The position numbers were made by a program, and so were the translations under genes. A stretch of 36,835 nucleotides of DNA. Source: an uncultured Verrucomicrobiota bacterium (lineage in GTDB: Bacteria; Verrucomicrobiota; Kiritimatiellia; CAIKKV01; CAITUY01). Under the pieces are notes generated by a model that had not been told where the DNA came from, did not search any database, and saw nothing but the letters and a program-made list of their open reading frames with translations. Location: contig CAYOQM010000002.1 in NCBI GenBank assembly GCA_964406065.1, positions 10,318-47,152 on the forward strand, in the 5' to 3' direction. Shown in pieces: positions 1-10,438 of the stretch; the stretch's first letter is position 1; every line of letters starts with the position of its first letter.

Positions 1-242
1 CCCGGAACAAGTATAGCGGTAATGATCAGTAGAAAAGCATTAATAAACAGTAACACAAATCCCAGCGACAGCAGAACCAACGGCAACGCCACCGCTATCA
101 GAAGTGGCTTCACCAGTGCATTAAGAATGCCCAAAATCAGGGCCGCAGCCAGCAGACTAGGCCCGTCTGCATAGTCCACACCCCGCACCAGCAATGTTGC
201 CACCCACACGGAGACGGCAGTTAACATCCACCTGATCAGCAC
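1..242 (-). CDS. DUF360 / phage-holin-family-4-like small membrane protein (N-terminal part; continues beyond window edge)
   Basis: Not in the ORF track because no stop lies inside the window. My reverse-strand translation from GTG 242 (alternative ATG 227) is VLIRWMLTAVSVWVATLLVRGVDYADGPSLLAAALILGILNALVKPLLIAVALPLVLLSLGFVLLFINAFLLIITAILVPG, open to base 1. The multi-TM hydrophobic pattern and the LNALVKPLL / VPG motifs match the PF04020-type family as I remember it. Confidence 0.6.
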   Translation of the reverse strand, partial: MLIRWMLTAVSVWVATLLVRGVDYADGPSLLAAALILGILNALVKPLLIAVALPLVLLSLGFVLLFINAFLLIITAILVP

Positions 243-276
243 GCCACTCAGGCGTCGACCTGCTGTTTCAAACGCC

Positions 277-693
277 TCAGGATTCAAAGTCGCCTCCCCG
301 TCGTGACTTTTTTTTTGCCGAATGAATGCGCTTGTCGTTAAGCATGCGTTCCTTCTGCCGTCTCGAACGCCTCCGTTTCTGGCGTCGGACTTTCTCTGCA
401 GCCTGCTGTTTAGCGCTTTTCTGTCCGACGATCCTTGCCTCGACGCGGTCGCAAAGATCGCGACGGGCCAGAAAACGGTTCATCTCCCTCGACCGCTCAC
501 GTTGGCATTTGACCTCGGTTTCGGTCGTTGTATGCAGAAGAAAGACACAGGAGGATGTCTTGTTGATTTTTTGCCCCCCTGACCCTGACCCGAGTATGAA
601 CTTTTCGACCAGATCCTGCTCCCGGATACCGAGACGGCTCATTCTTTCATCGAGGGCTTGTCGCTTTTCGGTGCTAATGTACACGTCAGTCAT
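277..693 (-). CDS. GGQ-motif RF-1 domain protein, ArfB/ICT1-like peptidyl-tRNA hydrolase (ribosome-rescue-factor-like)
   Basis: 138 aa with the GGQ loop SGSGGQKINKTSS. Small size plus a Lys/Arg-rich C-terminal tail (RRQKRRRSRRQKERMLNDKRIHSAKKKSRR), as in ArfB/YaeJ. The ATG lies 8 nt after the kinase stop with AGGA upstream. Confidence 0.8.
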   Translation of the reverse strand: MTDVYISTEKRQALDERMSRLGIREQDLVEKFILGSGSGGQKINKTSSCVFLLHTTTETEVKCQRERSREMNRFLARRDLCDRVEARIVGQKSAKQQAAEKVRRQKRRRSRRQKERMLNDKRIHSAKKKSRRGGDFES

Positions 694-701
694 ATTTCAT
701 C

Positions 702-1844
702 CTATAGCGCCGGCTGGCGGTCCACAATCTTGGACAGGTAATGCTCCAATTCCCGCCCATACTCTGTGTCTTTGCCCATGTGGACAAGTTGCTTGTGTAC
801 GTGGTGCAGTCCGTCAGGGCCCGAATCCGCCTCGCTGACTGAAGTATAACGCCGTCCAGGGTCCGGCGACAACATTCGCTGGAGAATATGAATTAACCGT
901 TCATTGCGTACGACATAGGGAGGCAGGTACTCGACAAGACGGTCGGCAAGTTTTAGTTTGAACTGGAGCAAAGTGGCTTCATCAGCGGCGGGATCACAAA
1001 CCGGATCCCCGCGTAACATTTCCACACAAACCAATCCCGCACTGAAAATATCAGACTGAACGAGCGGAGGCTGGCGCCGGTGAATTTCGGGAGCCATGTA
1101 AAGTGGTGTTCCGAGCAACCATGAAGACTTTTCACCCGCCGATACGGCCCGCCCGAAATCTACCAGTTTCACATAACCGAGGCGATCAATCATGATGTTT
1201 CCGGGCTTGATGTCGCTATGGACAAACCCCATAGCATTCAAGGCCTCCAACCCGCGGAGCACCATGCGAATGATGTAAATGGCGATTCCCGGCTGGATGC
1301 ATAACTTCCTTCCATCAATCCGGAATATAACATCGGTGAAACGCGCCCATTCCTCGCGTGAACTCCTGTTTTTAGAGCAGTCCAGATGAGAATTGTCCAA
1401 AAACGCCTTCAAATCAATTCCGTCAATGGCCTCCATTTGAAGATACCCGATCCCGTAAGTCTCCTCGTAGCTGTCGCGCGCCACCAGACTAGGTGTCTGC
1501 ATGGCTTGCAGACGTGAAGTTTGCACGGCAATCCGCCCCATATCAGTCCAATAGAGCTCAGGATTAGGATAGTTTGAGGGGTCAAAAAGCTTGATGGCAT
1601 GGCGCGTGATGCACCCTCGGGCTCCCTGTCGCAGTCCGAGGAACACGACGCCCTGCCGCCCCCGCCCCAGTTCCCTTAAGAACTGGTACGCTACGGGGTA
1701 GTAGATGGCCCGAGCCCGGATGATGGCGGAATAGTTGTCGACCAATTGACTAATGGTTGCCGTGGAGGCATGGCCAGCGGGATGATCGCCTGGCGCCGAG
1801 TCCGCCGCATCAATAACGGTTTCAGACAGCTCGGTGTCAGGCAT
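702..1844 (-). CDS. Hanks-type serine/threonine protein kinase, soluble, 380 aa
   Basis: G-loop LGRGRQGVVF, invariant Lys in HAIKLF, catalytic loop HSDIKPGNIMI, DFGRA and GTPLYMAPE. No TM segment. The AGGAG Shine-Dalgarno overlaps the carB TAG stop. Confidence 0.85.
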   Translation of the reverse strand: MPDTELSETVIDAADSAPGDHPAGHASTATISQLVDNYSAIIRARAIYYPVAYQFLRELGRGRQGVVFLGLRQGARGCITRHAIKLFDPSNYPNPELYWTDMGRIAVQTSRLQAMQTPSLVARDSYEETYGIGYLQMEAIDGIDLKAFLDNSHLDCSKNRSSREEWARFTDVIFRIDGRKLCIQPGIAIYIIRMVLRGLEALNAMGFVHSDIKPGNIMIDRLGYVKLVDFGRAVSAGEKSSWLLGTPLYMAPEIHRRQPPLVQSDIFSAGLVCVEMLRGDPVCDPAADEATLLQFKLKLADRLVEYLPPYVVRNERLIHILQRMLSPDPGRRYTSVSEADSGPDGLHHVHKQLVHMGKDTEYGRELEHYLSKIVDRQPAL

Positions 1845-1853
1845 GGGAAACTC

Positions 1854-4800
1854 CTAGCCCCGCTTGCGGGGTGACTTTCCTTCATTCCCGAAGCAGGGGA
1901 ACTTGATGCGCGGTGCGTGGCGATGAAATTCCTGAATGCTGCAAACCTCAATTCGCTTGGAATCCTTCAATGCTTCAATGCCGGCGATAGCCGCCTTGAA
2001 GCCGTGGATTGTGGTCGTGATCGGAATCCCCCTGATCACGGCATGCGACCGCATTTTGACCTCATCTATCTTGGGAATGGGACCACTTGAAGGGGTATTG
2101 ATGATCCAATTCACCTGCTTTTCCTCAATCAAATCGATCACATTTGGCCGCCCATCGGCAATTCGAAACAGCGCCTGACTGTGAATGCCATTGTTTCGCA
2201 AAAGCGTACTGGTTCCCACCGTCGAAAAGATTGAAAATCCAAGTTCCGCCAGCCGTCTGGCCATGGGTAATACCGCATCCTTATCCTCATCGCGAATACT
2301 GAGAAAAACATTTCCGGAATGCGGCAGGGGATTTCCGGCAGCAATCTGGCTTTTCAGGAACGCCATCCCGCCGTTTGAATCGATGCCCATGACCTCTCCG
2401 GTCGACTTCATTTCCGGAGTTAAAACCACATCCACCCCTGGAAACCGGGCGAACGGGAAGACCGCTTCCTTTACCGAAAAATGCCTGGGAATGATCTCGT
2501 TCGTAAAATTCATGTCCTTCAGCTTGAACCCTGCCATGGTCAATGCTGCCAGCTTTGCCAAAGGCACCCCAATCGCCTTGCTGACAAATGGGACGGTTCG
2601 GGAGGCGCGCGGATTAACTTCCAACACGTAGACAATTCCGTTCTTAATGGCGAACTGGACATTCATCAAACCGCAGACCTTGAGCTCCTTTGCCATTAAG
2701 ATTGTACAACGACGGATCTCTGCCTTGACCTCCTCGGACAAGGAGGGAGGAGGGATCGTGCAGGCGCTGTCCCCGGAATGAATGCCCGCCAGTTCAACAT
2801 GTTCCATGATGGAGCCGACAATGGAGGTCTCACCGTCGGAAATGCAATCCACATCCACCTCAACCGCATTTTCGAGATACCGATCAACCAGAACAGGACG
2901 ATCCTGTGAAACTTCAACGGCTTCCTCCATATATTTCCGGAGCATTTCGTCGTTATATACAATAACCATGGCTCTTCCGCCCAGGACGAACGAAGGTCTC
3001 ATCAGTACAGGATAGCCGATTTTCCCTGCAATAGCTTCAGCATCTTCCACGGTGGTGGCCATTCCGTTCTCGGGTTGGCACAAATTCAGTCGTTTCAGCA
3101 TGTCGGCAAAAAGATCGCGATCTTCCGCCATCTCGATACAGGAGGGCTTTGTTCCAATGATGTTGACGCCATTGGCTTCAAGATCCTTGGCCAGATTGAG
3201 CGGGGTTTGGCCGCCGAACTGAACAATGACCCCCCAGCAGTTCTCACGCCGGTAGATATGCAACACATCCTCCAGCGTCAAAGGCTCGAAATACAACCGG
3301 TCGCTGGTGTCATAATCGGTCGACACCGTTTCCGGATTACTGTTGACCATAATAGTTTCAAAGCCGGCGTCATGCAGGGCAAAAGCCGCATGTACACAAC
3401 AGTAGTCAAACTCGATCCCCTGCCCTATGCGGTTGGGGCCGCCACCAAGAATCATGATTTTCTTCTTATCCGTGGGCCGACTTTCATCAACGTCGCCATA
3501 GGTCGAATAGAAGTACGGGGTATAGGCGGTGAATTCAGCCGCGCAGGTATCCACCAGACTGTAAACGGGAAGTAATTTCAATTCCTCGCGAGCTTGCCGA
3601 ACCTCTCCCTCCTTGCACGCAAGCAAGTGTGCGATTTGCCGGTCGGAATAGCCCATTTCCTTAATTTGTCTAAATAACGGCATGTCGTGTTTCAACATGG
3701 CCAAGGAACGCGCCGACCTGATTTCATCTTCATAGGCGACCAATTCTTCGAGGTGGCGAAGGAACCAGGGATCAATGCCTGAGAGTTCATGAATGGTTTC
3801 GACGGTCCACCCTCGACGCAAGGCGGCGTGAATCACGAAAACGCGCATGGCATTGGGCCGGATGATCTCTGTTTTCATCTTTTCATCCGTCATGTCGTCA
3901 AAAGGGCCATCCTTGCCGTCAGCTCCAAAACCCGCCCGTCCGATTTCCAGGGAGCGACAGGCCTTCTGGAACGACTGTTTAAAGGTTTTACCGATGCTCA
4001 TGGCCTCACCCACGGACTTCATCTGGGTGCCAAGAGTACTATTGACGCCGGGAAACTTTTCAAAGGCAAAACGCGGCATCTTGGTGACAACATAATCAAT
4101 GGAGGGTTCGAAGCACGCGGGTGTCTCACGCGTGATATCATTGCGCAACTCGTCCAACGTGTAGCCCACGGCCAGTTTGGCGGCAATTTTCGCAATGGGG
4201 AAACCCGTGGCCTTGGAAGCCAGTGCGCTAGAGCGGGATACGCGGGGATTCATTTCAATGATAATCATCCGTCCGTCTGCCGGATTCAGCGCCCACTGCA
4301 CATTGGAGCCCCCCGTATCCACTCCGATGGCCCGCATCACGGCAATCGAGCCGTCACGCATGATCTGGTATTCACGATCCGTCAACGTCTGGGCGGGCGC
4401 AACGGTTATACTGTCGCCGGTATGGACCCCCATGGGATCCATGTTTTCAATGGAGCAGATGATGACAACATTGTCCTTATTGTCGCGCATCACCTCGAGT
4501 TCGAATTCCTTCCAACCCAATACTGATTCTTCTACAAGCACTTCGGACGTGGGGCTGTAAAACAATCCCCTCTTGACAATTTCCTCAAATTCCTCCTCAT
4601 TCCAGGCGATTCCGCCACCCGTTCCTCCCAAGGTGAACCCCGGGCGAATTACGACCGGATAACGACCAATAAGCGCCTGAACTTTCCTGGCTTCCTCCAG
4701 ATTGTGAGCTGACCCACTGACCGGCAAGTCGAGTCCAATCTTCTGCATGGCGGCTTTGAACAGGGCACGATCCTCGGCCATGCGTATGGACTCCGCCTTG

Positions 4801-5153
4801 GCGCCAATCATTTCCACGCCATAACGCTTGAGAATCCCGCGGTCATGTAACTCAATACCGAGGTTCAACGCCGTCTGTCCGCCCAGAGTAGGCAACAGAG
4901 CGTCCGGTCGCTCGCGCCGGATTATTTCCTCCAGCATCGTGGCCGTAATGGGTTCGATATAGGTTCTATCGGCCATGGCCGGATCGGTCATGATGGTGGC
5001 CGGGTTGCTGTTGATCAGCACCACCTCGTAACCTTCATCCTTCAGGACCCGGCAGGCCTGAACGCCTGAATAGTCAAATTCACAGGCTTGACCGATAATG
5101 ATCGGTCCTGAGCCGATCAGCATGATTTTCTTGATGTCTGTTCGTTTTGGCAT
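1854..5153 (-). CDS. carB: carbamoyl-phosphate synthase large subunit
   Basis: 1099 aa. N-terminus [30 protein letters not shown] and a duplicated ATP-grasp half ([23 protein letters not shown]). Full-length CarB architecture including the MGS-like C-terminal domain. No carA adjacent. Confidence 0.97.
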   Translation of the reverse strand: MPKRTDIKKIMLIGSGPIIIGQACEFDYSGVQACRVLKDEGYEVVLINSNPATIMTDPAMADRTYIEPITATMLEEIIRRERPDALLPTLGGQTALNLGIELHDRGILKRYGVEMIGAKAESIRMAEDRALFKAAMQKIGLDLPVSGSAHNLEEARKVQALIGRYPVVIRPGFTLGGTGGGIAWNEEEFEEIVKRGLFYSPTSEVLVEESVLGWKEFELEVMRDNKDNVVIICSIENMDPMGVHTGDSITVAPAQTLTDREYQIMRDGSIAVMRAIGVDTGGSNVQWALNPADGRMIIIEMNPRVSRSSALASKATGFPIAKIAAKLAVGYTLDELRNDITRETPACFEPSIDYVVTKMPRFAFEKFPGVNSTLGTQMKSVGEAMSIGKTFKQSFQKACRSLEIGRAGFGADGKDGPFDDMTDEKMKTEIIRPNAMRVFVIHAALRRGWTVETIHELSGIDPWFLRHLEELVAYEDEIRSARSLAMLKHDMPLFRQIKEMGYSDRQIAHLLACKEGEVRQAREELKLLPVYSLVDTCAAEFTAYTPYFYSTYGDVDESRPTDKKKIMILGGGPNRIGQGIEFDYCCVHAAFALHDAGFETIMVNSNPETVSTDYDTSDRLYFEPLTLEDVLHIYRRENCWGVIVQFGGQTPLNLAKDLEANGVNIIGTKPSCIEMAEDRDLFADMLKRLNLCQPENGMATTVEDAEAIAGKIGYPVLMRPSFVLGGRAMVIVYNDEMLRKYMEEAVEVSQDRPVLVDRYLENAVEVDVDCISDGETSIVGSIMEHVELAGIHSGDSACTIPPPSLSEEVKAEIRRCTILMAKELKVCGLMNVQFAIKNGIVYVLEVNPRASRTVPFVSKAIGVPLAKLAALTMAGFKLKDMNFTNEIIPRHFSVKEAVFPFARFPGVDVVLTPEMKSTGEVMGIDSNGGMAFLKSQIAAGNPLPHSGNVFLSIRDEDKDAVLPMARRLAELGFSIFSTVGTSTLLRNNGIHSQALFRIADGRPNVIDLIEEKQVNWIINTPSSGPIPKIDEVKMRSHAVIRGIPITTTIHGFKAAIAGIEALKDSKRIEVCSIQEFHRHAPRIKFPCFGNEGKSPRKRG

Positions 5154-5171
5154 AGAGGTGCAGGATAACGA

Positions 5172-6839
5172 CTAGAATCCTGATTTCCTAGATTTTTTTT
5201 GTCCTTCGCCCGCCGATTTTTCCCGGCATTTCAAAGCCGCGGCCACAAATCCTTGGAACAACGGATGAGCCTTCAGAGGTGTAGACTGGAACTCAGGATG
5301 AAACTGGCAGGCCAGGAACCAGGGATGATCCTTGAGCTCGATTATCTCAACAAGGTCACGTCCCGGACAAACCCCTGAGAACACAAAGCCATGCTTGGCC
5401 ATTTGCTCCCGGTATTTGTTATTGAATTCGTAACGATGCCGGTGCCGCTCCGTGATGTCAGTCTTTCCATAGGCCTGATGGGCTTTGGTGCTCTCCTGAA
5501 TTTTGCAGGGGTAGCCGCCAAGACGCATCGTTCCGCCCTTTTCGGTAACATTCTTCTGTTCCACCATCATGTCAATCACAGTGAACAGGGTCCGAGGATT
5601 GAATTCCGTACTGTTGGCGTCCTTCATGCCGCAGACATTCCGGGCGTATTCGATCGACGCACATTGCATGCCCAGACAGATCCCGAAAAAGGGTATTTTG
5701 TTGAGACGGGCATATTCCACGGTTTTGATCTTGCCTTCAATGCCACGATCACCGAAACCTCCCGGAACCAGAATTCCCGATACCCCATTGAGCAGGGCTT
5801 CAGCCCCCTGCTTTTCGACATCCTCTGATTCCACCATGCGAACCTGAATGGTGGCGCTACTGGCGATGCCCCCGTGAGTCAGGGATTCGTAGATACTCTT
5901 ATAGGCGTCCTTCAGGCTGATATATTTGCCGACCACCGCGATCTCTATAGATCCATTCGCAGGGGCTATCAAGGTATCGACCATCTGCTTCCAGTCATCA
6001 AGTTTGAGCGGATTGACGTGCAAGCCCAGCATTTCCAGTATGTAGACGTCCACATCCTGTCTGGCCAACTCAAGCGGCACCTCATAAATGGTATGATCGA
6101 CATCTTTCTCCTCAATCACCTTGTCCAGATCCACATCACAGAAAAGCGCCAGTTTTGCTTTATGCTCGTCCTGCATGGGCCGTTCACACCGACAAATCAG
6201 GATGTCAGGAATGATGCCGATGGTGCGCAAAATGCCGACCGATTGCTGGGAAGGTTTGGTTTTCATCTCGCCGGCTGCCTTGATGTAAGGAACGAGCGTC
6301 AGGTGGATGAATAGGCCGTTATGTCGTCCGATCTCATGCCGGAACTGGCGAATTGCCTCAAGAAACGGCAACGATTCGATATCCCCGGCCGTTCCACCGA
6401 TTTCGGTAATGGCCACATCAACGTCATCCGCATCCAGAGACCTGATGGCGGTCTTGATTTCATCCGTGATATGAGGAATGACTTGAACGGTTTTACCGAG
6501 ATACCCCCCCTCCCGTTCCCTGCAAATCACCGTGCGGTAAATGCTGCCGGAAGTGTAATTGCTGTTCCGATTGCATATGACCCCACCAAACCGCTCATAG
6601 TGTCCCAGATCCAGATCCGTCTCCGCGCCATCAACGGTTACATAGACCTCGCCATGTTGGTACGGGGACATGGTTCCCGGATCTACGTTTAGATAAGGAT
6701 CCAGTTTCTGCATCTTGACACGGTAACCCCTCCGTTCAAGAAGAAAGGCCAGGGAAGCCGCCGTCAACCCTTTGCCAAGTGATGAGACTACGCCACCTGT
6801 GATGAAGATGTGTTTTGTTCTGCTTGTTTTAGAAACCAT
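5172..6839 (-). CDS. pyrG: CTP synthase
   Basis: 555 aa. [17 protein letters not shown]-loop-like N-terminus and a glutamine amidotransferase half with GICLGMQ and the HRHRYEFN / QFHPEF motifs. Confidence 0.97.
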   Translation of the reverse strand: MVSKTSRTKHIFITGGVVSSLGKGLTAASLAFLLERRGYRVKMQKLDPYLNVDPGTMSPYQHGEVYVTVDGAETDLDLGHYERFGGVICNRNSNYTSGSIYRTVICREREGGYLGKTVQVIPHITDEIKTAIRSLDADDVDVAITEIGGTAGDIESLPFLEAIRQFRHEIGRHNGLFIHLTLVPYIKAAGEMKTKPSQQSVGILRTIGIIPDILICRCERPMQDEHKAKLALFCDVDLDKVIEEKDVDHTIYEVPLELARQDVDVYILEMLGLHVNPLKLDDWKQMVDTLIAPANGSIEIAVVGKYISLKDAYKSIYESLTHGGIASSATIQVRMVESEDVEKQGAEALLNGVSGILVPGGFGDRGIEGKIKTVEYARLNKIPFFGICLGMQCASIEYARNVCGMKDANSTEFNPRTLFTVIDMMVEQKNVTEKGGTMRLGGYPCKIQESTKAHQAYGKTDITERHRHRYEFNNKYREQMAKHGFVFSGVCPGRDLVEIIELKDHPWFLACQFHPEFQSTPLKAHPLFQGFVAAALKCREKSAGEGQKKSRKSGF

Positions 6840-7058
6840 AATAATTCGCCCTTATTCGAAACTGCTCCGACGAAATGCATCCAGGGTGTGAAATACTGCC
6901 ATGATCGCTTTTCTGACGCAATGTTTTACAAAAGGCAATCTCTGTCCAGGAGCATGAATCCCAAGATTGCAGCCGTATAATAGGGGGATTGACTATCGAA
7001 TAAACTTGCTTTGTTATGTCAAGAACATCATAGAAAAGGCGCTTAAGGAGACATTTCG

Positions 7059-7409
7059 ATGATACGAAAAGCAATAGATATGGCTGTCGAAAGTCGAGTG
7101 AATATGCGGAACGGAAACGGAACCGTTACCCTCCATCACTTCTTCAAGCCTGAAGAAATTACCGCAAAATCCCGCTTATGTGCCCGCCTTGCCTTGCCAC
7201 CGGGCGCCAGCATCGGACCCCATCAACATACCGGCGAAGATGAAGTATATATCATTACAAGCGGATCAGGGCTGTTGGATGACGGCAATGCAAGAACTCC
7301 GGTGACTGCTGGAGACGCAATCCTGACAGGGCATGGCGAGTCTCATTCCATTCTCAATACCGGAACAAACGAACTTGAACTTATTGCCGTAATCATGTGT
7401 TACGCATGA
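7059..7409 (+). CDS. cupin domain protein
   Basis: 116 aa. Cupin_2 pattern GPHQHTGEDEVYIITSG ... GDAILTGHGESHSILN. AAGGAG lies 8 nt upstream of the ATG. Confidence 0.75.
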   Translation: MIRKAIDMAVESRVNMRNGNGTVTLHHFFKPEEITAKSRLCARLALPPGASIGPHQHTGEDEVYIITSGSGLLDDGNARTPVTAGDAILTGHGESHSILNTGTNELELIAVIMCYA

Positions 7410-7448
7410 AATGAACCATTATTGTTTCTACAGGATGGAGCCCCTATT

Positions 7449-8447
7449 ATGAGTATTGATATCCTGATGCTGTTCGTGAGTCTGGGGATGATCCTTCTGG
7501 CGAGTGTCGTATTTACCAATGGGATCGAATTGCTGGGGCATCGCGGCGGCCTGCACCAGGGGATCACTGGGAGCATACTGGCCGCCGTGGGAACAGCCCT
7601 GCCGGAGACCCTTATCCCGGTCATTGCCATCCTGTTTTTCCACTCCGCCACCAGTCACGCCGTCGGGATCGGCGCCATTGCCGGGGCCCCCTTCATGTTG
7701 GCGACCTTGGCCTTTTGCATCACAGGTATAGCCGTGATGGCGTACACTCTGGCAGGAAAACGTACCTGGGCTATTCACACGGATACGTCTGGGGTCTTGC
7801 GCGATCTAAGATATTTCATCATTCTTTACGGCATTGCCATCCTCGCGTCGATCTTTCACCACTATCCCCTCATCCGCTGGGTGCTTGCAATAGGTTTGGT
7901 CCTTGGGTATGTGCTCTACATTCGCGAGACGCTGGCTTCCGACGGGCACGAGGCTGAAGAGGTTGAACTCCTTCATCTCAGCAAGTACTTTTGTCTTCCT
8001 GAGAACAGGGCGACGATTGCCATTCAGGTGATCGCCTCGTTGCTTCTGATGATGTGGGGTGCCCATATGTTTGTTGGGTATGTCAGCGAGGTTTCAACTC
8101 GAATGGGACTCTCCGCCCTCATTCTCTCGATCATCATCACGCCGATTGCAACTGAACTGCCGGAAAAATGCAACTCCGTGATCTGGATCGGAAAGCGAAA
8201 GGACATCCTGGCCGTGGGGAATATCACCGGCGCCATGGTCTTTCAGAGCAGTTTTCCCGTCGCCTTTGGGGTGGCCTTTACCTCATGGGACCTGACAGGC
8301 ATCCCCCTCATTTCCGCATTGCTGGCCTTGACCTCTGCATTAATGGTCTATGGGTGGGTCAAGATCAAGAAGACGCTCCACCCGGGAATTCTTGCCGCCT
8401 GCGCAGTCTTCTATATCGCGTTCATCATCTATCTGATTCGCCGTTGA
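7449..8447 (+). CDS. Ca2+/cation antiporter (CaCA, sodium/calcium exchanger family) membrane protein
   Basis: Polytopic membrane protein with two alpha-repeat signatures, GTALPETLIPV and ATELPEKCNSV. The track ORF starts at 7422. I prefer ATG 7449 (MSIDIL...) because GGAG lies about 8 nt upstream. Confidence 0.75.
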   Translation: MSIDILMLFVSLGMILLASVVFTNGIELLGHRGGLHQGITGSILAAVGTALPETLIPVIAILFFHSATSHAVGIGAIAGAPFMLATLAFCITGIAVMAYTLAGKRTWAIHTDTSGVLRDLRYFIILYGIAILASIFHHYPLIRWVLAIGLVLGYVLYIRETLASDGHEAEEVELLHLSKYFCLPENRATIAIQVIASLLLMMWGAHMFVGYVSEVSTRMGLSALILSIIITPIATELPEKCNSVIWIGKRKDILAVGNITGAMVFQSSFPVAFGVAFTSWDLTGIPLISALLALTSALMVYGWVKIKKTLHPGILAACAVFYIAFIIYLIRR

Positions 8448-8479
8448 TATCAGCGCGGTCGCCATGCGGATGACACAGC

Positions 8480-9532
8480 TTAAAGAATCAGCATACAGTC
8501 CCCGTAACTGTAGAACCGGTAGCGCTCACGAATCGCCTCCGCATAGGCTTGCCTGATCAACTCCCGTCCCGCCAGCGCACTGACCATCATGATGAGGGTC
8601 GAGCGGGGAAGATGGAAATTCGTGAGCATTCCGTCAACCCCTTTGAAGGCATAGGGAGGATAAATGAAAATACGGGTGCGTCCGGATACTGCGGCGGGAA
8701 TGCCATTCGAATCTGCTGACGTTTCCAAAGTTCTGGCTGATGTACTACCCACAGCGATGATTCGCCCCCCTTCGGATTTTGCACGGACAATGGAGGCCAC
8801 CGTGGTTGCGGGAACCTCATACCGTTCCGCCTCCATGATGTGATCCTTGACAGATTCCGTTTTCACGGGTCGGAATGTGCCGATCCCTACATGAAGAGTA
8901 ACCGCGGCATTCTCGACGCCTTGTCTCCCGAGTTCCTCTAGTAGCGCCGCCGTCAAATGGAGTCCTGCGGTAGGGGCGGCGATGGCGCCCGGAACTCGGG
9001 CATAAACGGTTTGATAATATTGGCGATCACGTTCCAGTGTCTCCGCGAGCGGTACTTGGGGTCGGCGGATATATGGCGGAAGTGGAGGGAGGCCAACCTG
9101 CTCGAGGACTTCCAGCAGGGGTAGTTCAGACTGAAACCTCACGCGTATTCCGCACCCTTCGCGCCACTCGAGCACCTCCGCGCCGATACGCCCACCCGCC
9201 ATGACCAGATGGGCTCCCGGCTTAGGCCGTCGTGATGATCCGCACAGAACATCCCATTCGCCCGGCCCGGTTTCCTCGAGTAGCAGCAATTCAACCCGCC
9301 CTCCTGTCTTTTCCTTGTGGCCATGAATCCGGGCGGGGATGACTCGGGTATCATTGAGGATCAAACAATCATGTGGTTTGAGAAACCGGGGCAGATCACG
9401 AACCGTATGGTGCGACAAGGTTCCCGAAGCCCGATTCACCACCATCATACGGGCTGCCTCGCGATCCTCCAAAGGGGCCTGGGCAATCAAATCCTCGGGA
9501 AGTTCGAACTCAAAGTCAGCGGTTTTTAACAC
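8480..9532 (-). CDS. queA: S-adenosylmethionine:tRNA ribosyltransferase-isomerase
   Basis: 350 aa. MLKTADFEFELPEDLIAQAPLEDREAARMMVV N-terminus and a C-terminal YRFYSYGDCMLI motif typical of QueA. Confidence 0.95.
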   Translation of the reverse strand: MLKTADFEFELPEDLIAQAPLEDREAARMMVVNRASGTLSHHTVRDLPRFLKPHDCLILNDTRVIPARIHGHKEKTGGRVELLLLEETGPGEWDVLCGSSRRPKPGAHLVMAGGRIGAEVLEWREGCGIRVRFQSELPLLEVLEQVGLPPLPPYIRRPQVPLAETLERDRQYYQTVYARVPGAIAAPTAGLHLTAALLEELGRQGVENAAVTLHVGIGTFRPVKTESVKDHIMEAERYEVPATTVASIVRAKSEGGRIIAVGSTSARTLETSADSNGIPAAVSGRTRIFIYPPYAFKGVDGMLTNFHLPRSTLIMMVSALAGRELIRQAYAEAIRERYRFYSYGDCMLIL

Positions 9533-9609
9533 AGTTCCCCGAAATGTTGAGTTGTCATGGAAAGCATGCGCTCGAATGTGTCAGAACGACTGATAAGGCT
9601 CAAGCGAAA

Positions 9610-9638
9610 TTGACAAGGCCATGAAGGCCCTCTAGGAT
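9610..9638 (+). promoter_or_regulatory. candidate sigma70-type promoter for cobS
   Basis: TTGACA (9610-9615), a 17-nt spacer, then TAGGAT (9633-9638), about 45 nt upstream of the cobS ATG. Consensus match only. Confidence 0.3.
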
Positions 9639-9681
9639 GACTTCTTGTGAAGCGAAGCCAAAACATCACTAATCCAAATAT

Positions 9682-10422
9682 ATGCGCCCTCTGATCACCG
9701 CTCTGAGAACCCTCACATTGTTGCCGGTTCCAGGTTCCGACGCCACCGCCCTGTCTGCAGCCCTCCCTCTTTTTCCGGCAGTAGGACTGATCCTCGGATT
9801 ATTGGTTGCCGGTGTCCTTTATATGTCCTCGCTGAGCGGATGGATGCCAGGCGCGGGAATTTCCGCCATGATTGCTGCCGTGTGGATCACCCGGGGACTA
9901 CATGTGGATGGACTGGCCGATGTCATGGATGCCTTAGGGGCGGGGAGAACCCGCGAACATCGCCTTGCGATCATGAAAGATCCGCATACGGGGGCGTTCG
10001 GGGTGATCGCCATTGTGTGCGACCTGCTCCTCAAGGCCGCTGCACTGGCTCAGTTGGCGTCCCTGAACCGCTGGATATTGGTGATTTTGCCATTTGTCAT
10101 ATCACGCTCGGTTCAAGTTTTACTGGCTGTATCCCTCCCCTACGCGCGTCCGGAGGGTGGCAAAGCGGCGTGTTTTGTTGAGACCGCGCGACCGCTGCAT
10201 TTTGTTTTGGCGGCCGTGGTTGCGATGATAATCTGCACGGTAATGGGCGGATTGACGGGCATCATCCTGCTGTTGCAGGGGTTGATCGGCGCCGTGCTGC
10301 TGCGCATGTGGATGAAGCACCATTTCGGCGGCATCACAGGGGATTTGCTAGGGCTGTCAAACGAAGTTTGCGAAACTGGTCTGCTCGTGGTCGCGGCATT
10401 TATCAGCCACGCAGTTCTGTGA
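9682..10422 (+). CDS. cobS: adenosylcobinamide-GDP ribazoletransferase (cobalamin synthase)
   Basis: 246 aa polytopic membrane protein with the GLHVDGLADVMDALG and GGITGDLLG motifs characteristic of CobS. Confidence 0.9.
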   Translation: MRPLITALRTLTLLPVPGSDATALSAALPLFPAVGLILGLLVAGVLYMSSLSGWMPGAGISAMIAAVWITRGLHVDGLADVMDALGAGRTREHRLAIMKDPHTGAFGVIAIVCDLLLKAAALAQLASLNRWILVILPFVISRSVQVLLAVSLPYARPEGGKAACFVETARPLHFVLAAVVAMIICTVMGGLTGIILLLQGLIGAVLLRMWMKHHFGGITGDLLGLSNEVCETGLLVVAAFISHAVL

Positions 10423-10438
10423 TGCGGCCTGCGGAACA

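Noticed and set aside
326-838. A 170-aa plus-strand ORF and the 86-aa ORF at 322-582, overlapping the GGQ gene and the kinase 3' end.
   Set aside because: They are antisense to two well-supported genes. The sequence is Cys/Arg/Ser-rich with no motif and no ribosome-binding site.
3789-4526. Long ORFs antisense to or out of frame with strong genes. Examples are 3789-4526(+) in carB, 13248-14087(-) and 14470-15312(-) in infB/rbfA, 24437-25069(+) in dnaE, 31533-32093(-) in the cyclase, and 35254-35895(-) and 36352-36825(-) in copA.
   Set aside because: Each lies entirely inside a gene with unmistakable conserved motifs on the other strand or frame. Their translations are low-complexity, Arg/Gly/Pro/Ser-rich shadows with no recognisable motifs. 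This is typical of moderately GC-rich DNA.
1854-6839. Short Lys/Arg-rich C-terminal extensions on housekeeping enzymes: pyrG ...[12 protein letters not shown], carB ...[11 protein letters not shown] and ribF ...RKRRDKERE.
   Set aside because: They are only 15-35 residues long and of low complexity, consistent with ordinary C-terminal drift. I cannot show that they are conserved or functional from this window alone.
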